Below, piece after piece: positions 1-10,895 of a stretch of 64,000 nt of DNA. Source of the stretch: Hyaloraphidium curvatum SAG 235-1 (Eukaryota; Fungi; Monoblepharomycota); assembly GCA_025558095.1 (NCBI GenBank), contig JAIVFI010000017.1, positions 310,001 to 374,000 of the forward strand, given 5' to 3'. The notes under the pieces were generated by a model. It worked only from the letters and a program-made list of their open reading frames with translations. It did not search any database and was not told the DNA's origin. Position numbers and translations under genes: made by a program. How positions within the stretch are numbered: position 1 is the first letter of the stretch; each line of letters opens with the position of its first letter.

Positions 1-3000
1 ATCGCAGGGCGTTCGGGTCCACCGAAGGCTTCACAAGCCCCAGGTTCGCAAACTTGGCGTTCACCAAGTTTCGAATCGCAACCGCGTCGCTGTACACTTC
101 GGATCCCTCCTCGTTGTACGTGCACGCGTTTTCGCACATCGTGTCCAAGTCCTTCTTGAACTGGCGAATGTCGGAGTAAAAGGGGTAGCGTACGCGCGTC
201 CGAATCATCTCCAGCGATATCGGATTCTTGATTTCCCGATAGTAATCTGCCCAATCCTTGCGGGCCGGGAGCGACCAGAAAGCTTCGGCTCGGCGGCGCT
301 GGGATCCGTCACTGCGGGACCAGGCAATAAGTGGGCGCCAGGACCGGTAGAAACCACAAAAACCACGCACCTTTCGGGCACAGTCAAGTCCTCGATAGCT
401 CGCAGAACGTCCTCCATGACGGCGTTGAACTTGGCGCGAAGATCGGGCCGCAAGTTGTCAGTCACCGCCATCGGATCTTGCCCGTTGAGGTGGCCGCTGA
501 GCTGCTTGCGCTGCTTCTTCGTCAGCTTCTCCTCCCCGTCCGTCGACTCCCGCGTCGATCTCGGCCGCTTTCTCCCGCGAGTGCCGACCGACGAGACGTC
601 GTCCTCCGAAGGCTGCTGGCTCTGGGAGGCGTGGTCGTCCTCGTCGTCGTGGCCCGAGTCCGATCCAGCATCAGCAGGCTTCCCCCCTCGCTTCACTTTC
701 CGCCGCAACCTGGCCTGCGCCTTTTGCTGCTTCACAGCGAGCTCGCCCTTCTCCACTGCGTTGACGAACTGCTCCTCCGTCATCCCGTCGTCGTACGTGA
801 CGTCCTTCCGGATCCTCTGTCCCCGTCCCGTGTCGAAAAGCTCGTCAATATCCTCCCTCAAGTGCTCCCGGCGGTAGATGTCGGGCAGCTCGTCGTCCTG
901 CATCAGCCGTTCCTGCGGCCCGCTGGTCCTCACGTCAACCCCCGCTTCCAGCCAGTCGACCGCATCCTGCTGGATCCGCTCCTGGTCGATCTGCCGGAAA
1001 AGCTCGCGCTCCCAGTCCGAACGGGCGATGACTTCGTTAAGCTCCTCGTCGTTGAGCTCCGGCTCGTCAGCATTCTCCTCGTCCACCTCGTCGTCCGCGC
1101 CTTCGATGAGAGCCCGCAAAAATGCCTCGCGCTCCTCCGCGCTGGACTTGTTGTCGAACTTGCCGGCTTGGATGACCTTGCCGTCCATGTCCAGCTTGAA
1201 CTGCGCGCGCTGCAGAATGTTCTCCTCGATGGAGCGGGAGGTGATGAGCCGCAGGATGCGGACTTCGTTCTTCTGTCCGATGCGATGGGCTCGGTCCTGC
1301 GCCTGCAGGTCCTGGTGCGGGTTCCAGTCGCTGTCGAAGATGATGACCGTGTCGGCGACCTGGAGGTTGAGGCCCAGGCCGCCGGCGCGGGTGCTGAGGA
1401 TGAAGAGGTTGTAAGGAGAATCGGGCGCGTTGAACTTGGTCAGCATGTCCTGGCGGGCGTCGGCCGTGTTGCTGCCATCCAGGCGCAGCCAAGTGTGCTT
1501 TCTCCAGCGGAGATAGTCCTCGAAAAGGTCCATCACAAGCGTCTGCGTTGGGCGTCGGTGAGGCGAAGCACAGCGGGCGCGGCATTCACAGAGACGCACC
1601 ATCTGGAAAAAGATGAGCACCTTGTGGCCTGACCTAAACAGCTTGGGCAGGATCCGATCGAGCAGCTCGAACTTGCCGCTCGCGCGGAAAATGTGAAGGT
1701 TCAGCTTGCTCGCGACGTTGACGTTCTCCTCCACCTCGCCAAAGACGTAGGGGTGGTTGCAGACTTTCCGGAGGTGCATGACGGTGTTGTTCAAGCCCCT
1801 CACGCCGCCCTTGGGACTGCCGAGGCGCTCGATCAGTCGTCTGTCGCCATGCACACCGCCGCAAACCCACCCCTTGTCCTTCTCCGAGACCATGGGCAGG
1901 AAGCCGTGCTTCCGGATCTGGTCGTAGAGCCGCTGCTGGAGCGCCGACATCTTGCACTTGACAACGGTCTCGACCTTGTCGGGCAGCTCCGACTCCACGT
2001 CCTTCTTGAGGCGGCGGAGGAGGAACGGTCGCAGGACCTTGTGCAAGCGCTTGATGATGAGGAGCTGCTCCTCTTCGTTCAGCTCGAGCTTCTCCTGGCC
2101 GGCAGCCGTCGCGAAGGGACTGTTGAACCACTCGTCGAACGTCTTGACCGACGCGAAAATCTTCGGGCAGATGAAGTTGAGGAGCGCCCAAAGCTCGGGG
2201 AGGTTGTTCTGCGAACCACGGACGACGTCAGCGCCGGTTCCAGGGATTCGAGACCGCCCCGCGTCTCCCGTAGCTCAACATGGTCGTGCAAGCGCGTGAT
2301 GTCGCCACGTGTCGCAATCGCAGCATCTCTGCCGCGACCCGGCGACGTACGCTGACACGCGTCCTCATCCTCACTGGTCCCCCGTCCCGCGAACAGCGAC
2401 CCACCTGGAGGGGAGTGCCGGTGAGGATGAGCCGGTACCGGGAGGTGTAGTACTGGGTGAGGGTTGTGACGAGCTTGGAGTTGGCGTTCTTCATGCGGTG
2501 GCCCTCGTCGATGATCATGTGGACCCATTTGATCTTCGACAGCACGGGGCGCTCGCGGATGATGTACTCGTAGGTAGTGAGGAGCACGTTGAAGTCCCCC
2601 GACTTGAGCGAGTAGGTCATCTCGCGGCGCTGCTGCGGGGTGCCCTTGAAGACGATCTTCTTGAGGTCGGGGGCCCACTTCTCGAGCTCCATCGACCAGT
2701 TGGTCACCGTCGACAGCGGCACGATGATGAGGAAAGGACCGGCCTGCTTCTTCTTCTCGTACAGGTAGGTGAGGAGGGAGATGGTCTGGATTGGAGGCAC
2801 GCGTGAGAACAGCTTCTGCGCGCAAAGGACGAAAGAGCCCACTTGGATCGTCTTGCCAAGGCCCATCTCGTCGGCCAGGATGCCGTTGAGACGGTTGTTG
2901 TACAAGCTGACCATCCACTGGAGGCCTTTGAGCTGGTACTCCTTGAGCTCGCCTCCCTGGAGCATCTCCGGCTGCGCGTTGATCTCCTCCTTGACCTTGT

Positions 3001-4732
3001 GCGCGACGCCGTAGTAGTCCTTGTTCCTCGCCATTTCCTCCTCCTCGTCGTCGTCCTCGTCCACGTCGACGTCCAGCGGCGGGACGCCCCCGCCCTCGCC
3101 GACCGTCTCCTGCTGGGCAATGACCTGGTTGGTGAGGTTCTTGAGGAACTCGGTCGTCTGGCCGAGGATGTGGACGATGCGCGTGTTCTTGGACTCCTGC
3201 ACGAGCTTGAGGTAGGCCTCCTCGTCTGCGGCGCAACGTCAGGTCCGATTCAGGTAACTCCGGGAACGGCCACCCACCGTCCTCCCTGAGGGCTCGCAGC
3301 CGTTCCTTGCTCAGCGTCTCCAGCCGTGCCAGCTCCTCCTTTTCGATCTTGGTGTGGAGCTTCGACACGATCTGGTTCAGCTTGGCCTGCCGCACCTGGC
3401 GCGTCCTGTGGGCGTTGAGCAGCTCCTTGCCGTGGTTCGTGATGGAGGCGATGAACTCGTGCTGCCGGAGCTTCTCCTTCCGCTCCCGCTCCACGCGCTG
3501 GCTCCGCTCCATCTTCTCCGTCCCGCGGATGTCCCGGATGCTGTGCTTCTTCATCCGCCGGTACGAGCTCCGCTCTACGGCCGTGGCCAGGGCGGTCGCC
3601 TTCGTGAGGCCCTGCACGATGTCCTCGCGCAGCCGCTTCTGCTTGTCCAGCAACCGCAGCGCCTTGAGCTCAATCAGGGCCTTGAGGTTGGCCGGCGAAC
3701 GGGGCTTCGCGGACCCGGACGCCCCGCCCTCCGGAGCCTCGCCGGCCTCCGCCTCCGAATGTTCCTCCGGCCTGGAGCCGGGCAGGCTCTCCAGTTCGCC
3801 GATCCGGTTGATGATCCGCGCCCTGGCGAAACGTTCGCGCTCCTCGGCCAGCGCCGCGACGTCGATCCCCGTCGGCGTGATGCTGGGTATGAGCACCTTG
3901 TGTGCCACCGCCGCGTGCTCCGCCGTTGTCATCCTCCGCCGCAAGAGCAGGTACGGGTTCGACTCCCTCGTGACGCGCACCTGCGGGAACAGCTTCCCGA
4001 GGGCCTGCATGCCGCCGGCGGGAGCCGGCGAGGGGTTCGCGGCCGACGCGGCCTGCCTCTTCTGGTCCTCCAGGTCCGCGACCACCTGTCGCGCCTGCTG
4101 CCGCACGACGGCCCGCTCCGTGTCCGAGGCGGGGGTCATGGGCTGCTCGACCTCGCCGGGCGCGGCCAGGTCCAGCTCCTCCAGCTTGACCGAACCCGGC
4201 TCGAACAGCGCCTTCTGCAGCACCGGCGGCAGCGGCGCGCTGCGTGCCATGTAGCGGTAGGCGGCGATCTGCACCTGCAGCGCCTGCAGCTGGTCCGGCG
4301 TGAAGCCCGCGTCGGGGGCCGGGGGCGGTGCCGGCAGCGGCTGGGCCGGCTGCGGCTGCGGCGGGCGCGCGGCCGGCGCGGCAAAGAGGTTCTGCACGGC
4401 GGCGAGCGCGGGCTGCGGCTGCGGCGCCGCGAACAGCGGGTTGCCGGCCTGCTGCGCGCGCTGCCCGAGGAGCGTCAGCTGCGCCGCCTGCTGCTGCGCC
4501 GACTCGCGCAGCCGGCCCTGCATGCGCAGGATCGCCATCAGCCGCGCGTACGTCGGCTCGCTCTCGTCGAGCCCCTGCGCCTTCATGGCGTGGACGACCT
4601 GGGAAGTGTGAGAACTAGCACCGCACCACCGCCCCACCCGGCACCCACACTCAGCAGCTTCTGCAGGTCCTCCGGCGCCATCATCTGCGACGCCCCCGGC
4701 GGCCCGGGAAACCCACCTGGCGCCCCTTCCAT
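1..4732 (-). CDS. SNF2: SNF2/STH1-family SWI/SNF-RSC chromatin-remodelling ATPase (QLQ, HSA, SNF2 helicase, SnAC, bromodomain); multi-exon; 3' end runs off the window
   Basis: QLQ ([21 protein letters not shown]), [66 protein letters not shown]. Bromodomain ([12 protein letters not shown]...[13 protein letters not shown]) at about 60-290. Start MEGAPGG at 4732 is inferred. Confidence 0.95.
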
Positions 4733-4821
4733 GGCGCTGGCGGGACCGGACCGGGTCGAAACTTTTAGGGGAGCCGAAGTTGCTCGGAGAAACCCCTTGG
4801 CTTTGACTTGGACTGTTGAAC

Positions 4822-5509
4822 ATGCCATCGACGGCCCAGGAGGGCTCGACGGCGGCTGAACGGGTCGAGAAAGCGTTTCCTTCAATATGGTTCGTGCTTC
4901 CTGAACGTCCCAGTTGGACCGATGAGCTGATCCTGACCGCTCCCGGCCTCGACAATCTCCCATCTCCTCTTCCCACGCGCGTCACTCTTAAACTGCCTCT
5001 CCTTCTCTCCCTTTTCTTCGCACAGCAACGATTATAGTGTACGTCTGCGCGGGACGCGTGGTCTTTGCCTCTCCTGCTAACTCCTTGGTCTTCGGAAGTA
5101 TTTCAAGGCCACGCTGAAGAGTCTCCGGGCTTTGGATGACAGCGTGGTCGTGAAGTGAGCCCTCGTCGGTCATTTCCTTACTCTTCGGGCTGACTGTCGT
5201 GCCTGCAGGCTCAACTCTCTTCGTGGTCAGCCTCGGGACGCGGAGCGGAATGCCGACTCGTGCCAGCTCTTCCGGAAGGAGCTCCTGGCCAGTTACGCGG
5301 CGCGGACCGACATTTTGGACTATTGCATCCCACTTGCCGAGGCCCAGTTGGCGCAGCTGGACCGGAGCGCCGGGCTGGAGCAGCGGAAAACTCTGGAGCT
5401 GCTCATCAGCGAGCGCACAGTGGAGGAGATTGTCCGGGAGCGGACCGCGGACGTGTTCAAGGCAAAGTGCCGGCCTCTGGCACTTGTCGAGGATCGGAAG
5501 CCGCCTTAG
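4822..5509 (+). CDS. MIX23: Mitochondrial intermembrane-space protein Mix23/CCDC58; 4 exons including a 13-nt microexon (5026-5038)
   Basis: Spliced: MPSTAQ...PSIC|NDYS|YFKATLKSLRALDDSVVVK|LNS...C...RTDILDYC...SERTVEEIVRERTADVFKAKC. Matches the CCDC58/Mix23 pattern (LR..DD...LN; E..VEE.V..R...VF...C). All three introns are GT-AG. Confidence 0.85.
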
Positions 5510-5690
5510 CGTTCGGGGCTACACGTTCGTGGAGGCCGGCAAGGTCACTTGCGGGCCTTGTCGAGACGCCCGACGAACGGCACGCTTTGCCATTCGCGCT
5601 TGAGCTCATGGTAGCGTGAGACGGGGTCGTTCTTGCGGGCTGCTTGTCCCAGGGACGGCGGAGGTTAGACGAGATTAGAAAAAGGGCCAG

Positions 5691-6555
5691 CTAGTCAGCT
5701 TCCACCGAATCACCTTTCGGCTTCCCCTGCTTCTTCGGGGCCTTGCCCTTCGGAGGCGCAGCCTTTTTCGGCGTCGTCTGCGTCGCGGTCGTGGTAGTGT
5801 TCACAGCGTTCCTCTGCTCGCGCTCGGCCTCCAGGTCCTCCTCAGGGACGTCAACACCCAGCACCTCGTCAATGTACTTTTGCAGAACGCTCCGGTAGGC
5901 AATGTAGGGTCCCGGCTTCCTCGCGACCGGCTCCTTCCTCGGCGGACGTTTCACGTCGACCGGCTTCCGGAGCGATGTCGGGCCTGCTCGGTTCAGGTTG
6001 CGATTCTGCTGGAACTCTGCTGCTGGTCCCGCCGGCCTCGGACCCCGTTTCGAGTCCGCCGTCGAGGTTCCGTTGTCCCGAGTCCTCACTGCAGCTGCTC
6101 CGAGGTTTCTGCTCTGCTCTTTCGGCGGCGACTCGGCGTCCCGCGTCGAGGCCCGCGCCTTGAAGGTCGACAGGTCCTCCCCTTCTTCGTCCCATTGCCG
6201 ACCGCGCTGGCCCCGTCCGTCCCCGTAGCCGTCCCCATTGTGCCTCTCGGTAACCCACGGCCTCAACGGCGCCGCACGGTTTTGCTCCGCCCGGGCCGCC
6301 GGGGCCTCGGGTTCCCCGCTGCTCTCGTCCCGCCACGGCCGGTACGGCGCCGAGGCCTCGCCGACCACGCTTCTGCCGTTCCACGTGGTGTCGTCCGGAA
6401 AGTGTAGCTCCGCGGCGAGCTCGTCGACGAGCTGGAATACCGTGAACGGCCCGCGGTTCCTAGTTCCGGCCTGGCCCCACCTCGCGCAGGAGCTGGTCCT
6501 CCAAATCCTCCTCGTCGACCCCGGGTCTGAAAGTGTCCCAGTACAAACGCGACAT
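5691..6555 (-). CDS. Hypothetical, largely disordered protein; 2 exons
   Basis: MSRLYWDTFRPGVDEEDLEDQLLRE, GT-AG intron, then LVDELAAELHF..., open to the stop at 5691. No family recognised. Confidence 0.6.
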
Positions 6556-6673
6556 TGCTCGGCGGAGACAAGAGCCCGGGCAACGGAGGGGCCGTTGGCA
6601 GCGTCACAATTCGAAGCAATCCTTGAGTCCCTGGCCGTTCCCCGAGTCTTCGCACACCGATCACCCACCAGCA

Positions 6674-7988
6674 ATGCCGTGGCCCACGCTCGACGACTTT
6701 TTCAGCGCGCCCGGGAGCCTTCCTGCTTCGACCGCGCAGCCTCCTCCTCGCGGTGCGCCCGTCTTTCGCCGCAAGACCGTCTCGGCGCTCGTTGGTGGAG
6801 AGCTCGCGCTCGAACTGGACGGCGTCTGCGTCGGGGTCTACCGCCCGCTCTCCAACAACACCGAAGCGGACTTTGCGACGATCTGGGTCAAGGACGAGAC
6901 GGGCGTGGTGTCGGTGCACGTCCAGGGCCGGCGGGTCACGGAGGCAGAGGGAATGATGGGGAAGCTGGTGCGAATCGAGGCCCCGCTCGTCAAGAGCGCG
7001 AGGAAGAACAACGGCGCGAAGCTTCCGGGACTGAGCAGCTACACGCTGGAGGTGAACGATCACCGCGGGAAGCTGTCCGTTCTGGAGGCGGACCCGGTGC
7101 GAATCGATCGCAAGAAGTACAAGCAGGTCCTCGCCGTCGACTCCTCGCCGCCGATCTCGCTCCGCGAAATGGTCTCCGGCAAGAGCGGCGAAAGGGCCTT
7201 TGTGCAGGTGCTCGCGATCGGCGAGGTGAAGCGCACGGCCAAGGGTGTTCCCAACCGCACCGTCTCTGTTTCGGACGGAGAACTTGTGCTGGACCTCTGC
7301 CTGTGGAGATCACAGGTCGAAATCGCCGACAGCTGGAAAAGGAAGCACACGGTGCTCATCGTCACGAACCCGCGCATCTCGGTCTATGGCGGAAACGTCC
7401 AGCTCGCCATCGGATACCAAACATTGATTGAGGTGATCGACTCGCGGGAGGCGGAGGTAAAGTCGGGGACGGCTGCGCGTTCATGTCGGATTCTGACATT
7501 TGTGCTCGCAGCTGATGCGCTCGTTCTGCCAAATGATCCACAAAGGCGAGCCAGAACCTGTTCCAGAGCCCAAGCGCAACCAGGAGACTACCCAGGCCCT
7601 TGCTCCGACATCGCCCGTGCGGTCGACGCCCGAATCCAACCACGAAGCCCGGGTCGCGCTCTCGAACCACGCAACGATCCAGGATCTGCAGGCGATTCGC
7701 GCAAGCTCGACCCCCCCGGCCATTGGCGAAGGTTTCACCGTCGCCATCCTGATCCGCCTCGACGAGGAAGAGAAGCTCATCCGCTGGATCGATGAAACGG
7801 GGCAGTGGACCTTCAGCTTGGAGCACCTGGAATCCACCGTGCACAACCTCGCGCTTTGGGCTCGCCACAACATCCACTGGAGGATCACGAGGGAAGAGTC
7901 GGGGCGGAACAAGATCGAGGTTGTCCGTATCGAGCGCTCGACGGCGACAATGAAGGAACTGTGCGAAGCGGCGGCATGGTCGCTCTGA
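6674..7988 (+). CDS. Multi-OB-fold ssDNA-binding protein, MEIOB-like
   Basis: VLAIGEVK...VSVSDG...LCLW...IADSWKRKHTVLIVTNPRI...TLIEV resembles MEIOB OB2 (LAQSW.PRETVIFASDVRI). C-terminal IDETG motif. One intron near 7457-7511. Confidence 0.6.
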
Positions 7989-7994
7989 CGGATG

Positions 7995-9598
7995 CTACCC
8001 TTCCTCGTTGGCCGTCGCGAGACTAAGGGAAAAGATTCTGACGCTATTGTCGACCTTTACGGGCTGCGCTCGAGGATCCCGGTCGGCGTCAGAGTCATCC
8101 GAACTCTCCGCGTCGACGGCGGGAAGCCTGCGGCTACCCGAGGATGTGAGCAGATATGGCGCGGTCGGGTGAAAAGAAACCGAAGAGATCGTATCTGTGT
8201 GTGTAAGGCTGTGTAAGATTATGTCTGGTGAGAACGGGTACGAGAGCCACACCTTCGTGAAGATTCCAGCCTGCCGCGACCAAACTCGAGTCCTTCTCGG
8301 TCGTCTGCTGATTTTCACCAGCGCCCTCATCCGGGGACTTGGCCGGCAAGCCAAACACTGCCAGCTGACCATCCACGTTGCCGGCCGCGAGGAACTGCCC
8401 GGCGCGATCGATATCAAAGGCCATCCGCTGGTTGGTGTCCGAGCTGCCCCGATCTAGCGCGTAGAGAACCTCGTCCGAGTTGCGGATGTCCCAGCACAGG
8501 ATGAGGTTGTCCTTTCGGGATGCCGAAAACAGGTACCAGCCGTCGACAGAGAACTGGACCTGCGTAACACCGCCCATGGTCTTGCGATCGCTGGCTGACC
8601 TTCCGCCGGCAGTGCGCGCAGGGCGCCTAGTCCTGTCCGCGTCGACTTGGCCGCCAGTTAGAAGGTACAGCACGCCCTTGCGACGTTCGTCGTACAATCC
8701 AATGGAGCGCCCGTAGCTGCCTGCGGCCCAGAGCCCGCTTCGGTCCGGGGAGAAGGCGATCGTGGAAATGATCCCCTTCTGACCATCTTTCGACTTGCGA
8801 GTCGGCGTAGTCGGGATGGTTCGCCCTTCGTTCCCGGGACGGCTCGTGTCAAAGACCTGAACCCGGTTCTCGAAACCGCAGTATAACCGTGCCCCGTCCG
8901 GAGTGAAGCAGAGCGAGTTTGGGCCGGCAACCTGGTCTAAGTGATCGTAGGTCTGGTAGGAGCAGCGCACTTCCCCCGTGTACGCGTCCCAGAGGTGCAC
9001 GGGGTGGTCGCGCGACGAAGCAATAAAAACGGCGCTGGCGGGGTCCAGGTACGAGAAGTAGGGATAGAACTGGCAGTCATAGATCGGCTCCGCCGAGTCA
9101 ATAAGAGTGTTGACCCCCAAAGGCAGCGGTTCCCCCGAAACACTCTCGCCGTGCGGGCTGACCGCACCTCCAGTCAGCAGAAGCTCGGTTACACGGGATC
9201 CGACGTAACACTCACAAAGGAAACACCCGCAGGCAGTTGTCGTTGGTGCTGGCAATGAAGCAGCTGCCATCCGGCGACCAGCGGGCCCCCTTGAAGAAGT
9301 TGCCCTCCGTGGTCGCCACATCAGCAAGCGGCCGGGGGGGCACATCGCCACCTTGCTTCGGCGGAGACACCGTAACGTCGGTCCTCCAGAGCTCATCATT
9401 GAAAATGGAACCCGTAGACGCATAGCAAGGAAGCTGCTTGTCAAAGAAACGTCCGAAGTCGAGTAGAGGCGGGGGAACAAAGTCTCGCTCCGCGGATGAA
9501 GCTTCCATGGGTTCATCCGCCGGGAAATGCTCCTCATTGGTCTCCTCGACGCGTTCCATATCCGCATCGCCCTCCTCCACTTCTCCCGCCGGGTCCAT
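7995..9598 (-). CDS. WRAP53: WRAP53/TCAB1 (Swt21-like) WD40 telomerase/Cajal body protein
   Basis: NFFKGARWSPDGSC, SSRDHPVHLWDAYTGEVRCSY, SKDGQKGIIS, GGVTQVQFS, TNQRMAFDID. Confidence 0.9.
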
Positions 9599-9677
9599 CG
9601 CGAACCGCGATTGTGCTCGGAATCCCGTCTCAGAACACTCACTACCGACTCCAGACCCCTTCCTGCGCAGCTCGGCA

Positions 9678-10839
9678 ATGGCCGACTATTGGAAATCGAC
9701 GCCTCGGCATTACTGCAAGGTACGTCCTTCTTCTCTGTCTGTCCAGCCGAAGCCGCCGTCTCATTCTCCGGCCAGTATTGCAATGTGTGGATCAACGATG
9801 ACAAGCCGTCCCGGTCGATCCATGAAGGGGGCAACAGGCACAAGAAGAACGTGGAGAGGTTCCTCGGCAACCTGCAGCGGAAGGATGAGGAGGATAAGCG
9901 GGAGAAGGAGACGGTCCGGCGGACGATGCTGGAGGTGGAGAGGAAGGCGATGAAGCAGTTTGCTGCGGACCTGTCCAGTTCGTCGCGTCTTTCGTGCCGA
10001 TTGCTCTTGACGCTAATCTTGCTTTGCTAGATCCGGCGACTGCAGGGGTTGGTGCTGGAGGGTCGTTGCTGGCGGCATCTTCCGCTGGCAAGCCCGGCCA
10101 GCCGCGAGGGACGAAGCGCGGTCTCTACGACTACGGAATTGGCAAGAAACGCAATGAGGACGGAGAGGAAGAGGACGTCGCCGAGGGCGAGGAGGACTTT
10201 GACTCGAATTTCGACTACAACTCGCTTTGGCGGCAGCCTGCGCAGCCCGCACTTCCGGCGACGGCGGCAGCGGCGCCAATCATCGTCAAATCTACGGACC
10301 AGTACGGCGATTGGACTGTCGTGGAGCCCGAGGTTGCTCCCGTTTCCGTCGCTCCGCCGCCGGCGGCCCCGGGATCTACTGCGGAATGGTTCGAGAAGAA
10401 GAATACGAGGCATGCTCGACCGGAAAACGTTTCGTCCGGAGGCGAGCGCGCTTTCGGCACCAGCATCGACATCGGCGGCGTGGAAGAGCGCGATCCGGAC
10501 GATCTTCGGAATTTCAGGGTGGTCGAAAGGACGATCGACACGGGGGGGGACGACGATTTGGCGAGCCTTCCGCTTCCCCGCGCGCGGGCACCAGCTGGCA
10601 ATGGGGCCAATGGAGGTGGTGGCTGGACCAAAGTGGACGACGTCAAATCTGACGTCAAGGATGAAAGTAAAGCCGAGGTCAAGGACGAGGTGAAGGACGA
10701 GGTCTCGGTGAAGGCCGAGGGCGAGGAGAAGGAGGCCGCTGTTCAGGATGCGCCGGGTGGTGCTGAGGACACCGGCGCAGCGCAGACGAACCTTTTCAAG
10801 AAGCGGAAGGTCGCGGGCCAGAATCTCCGGAAGAAGTAG
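9678..10839 (+). CDS. U1C-type zinc-finger splicing protein, WBP4/FBP21-like
   Basis: MADYWKSTPRHYCK|YCNVWINDDKPSRSIHEGGNRHK; C-terminal FKKRK motif; 2 introns. Confidence 0.8.
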
Positions 10840-10862
10840 CTTTCCGCCGTCGCGCGCGTCTA

Positions 10863-10868
10863 TGTACA
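10863..10868. terminator. Palindromic TGTACA, candidate shared 3'-processing element between convergent WBP4-like and INO80
   Basis: The same hexamer recurs at 29040, 34864, 42786, 60732 and 20683. Confidence 0.4.
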
Positions 10869-10895
10869 GATGCCGTGATCCCAGACAGACAATCA

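Noticed and set aside
2079-4985. 968-aa ORF as the true SNF2 N-terminus
   Set aside because: It reads through introns, and its upstream part overlaps MIX23 exon 1. The start at 4732 with an intron fits better.
8196-8220. TGTAA copies as a poly(A) signal for the MEIOB-like gene
   Set aside because: Equally explained as the complement of branch-point-like CTTAC in a WRAP53 intron.
10660-10720. Short direct repeats (gaggtcaaggac/gaggtgaaggac)
   Set aside because: Coding EVKD low-complexity sequence; not CRISPR or a mobile element.
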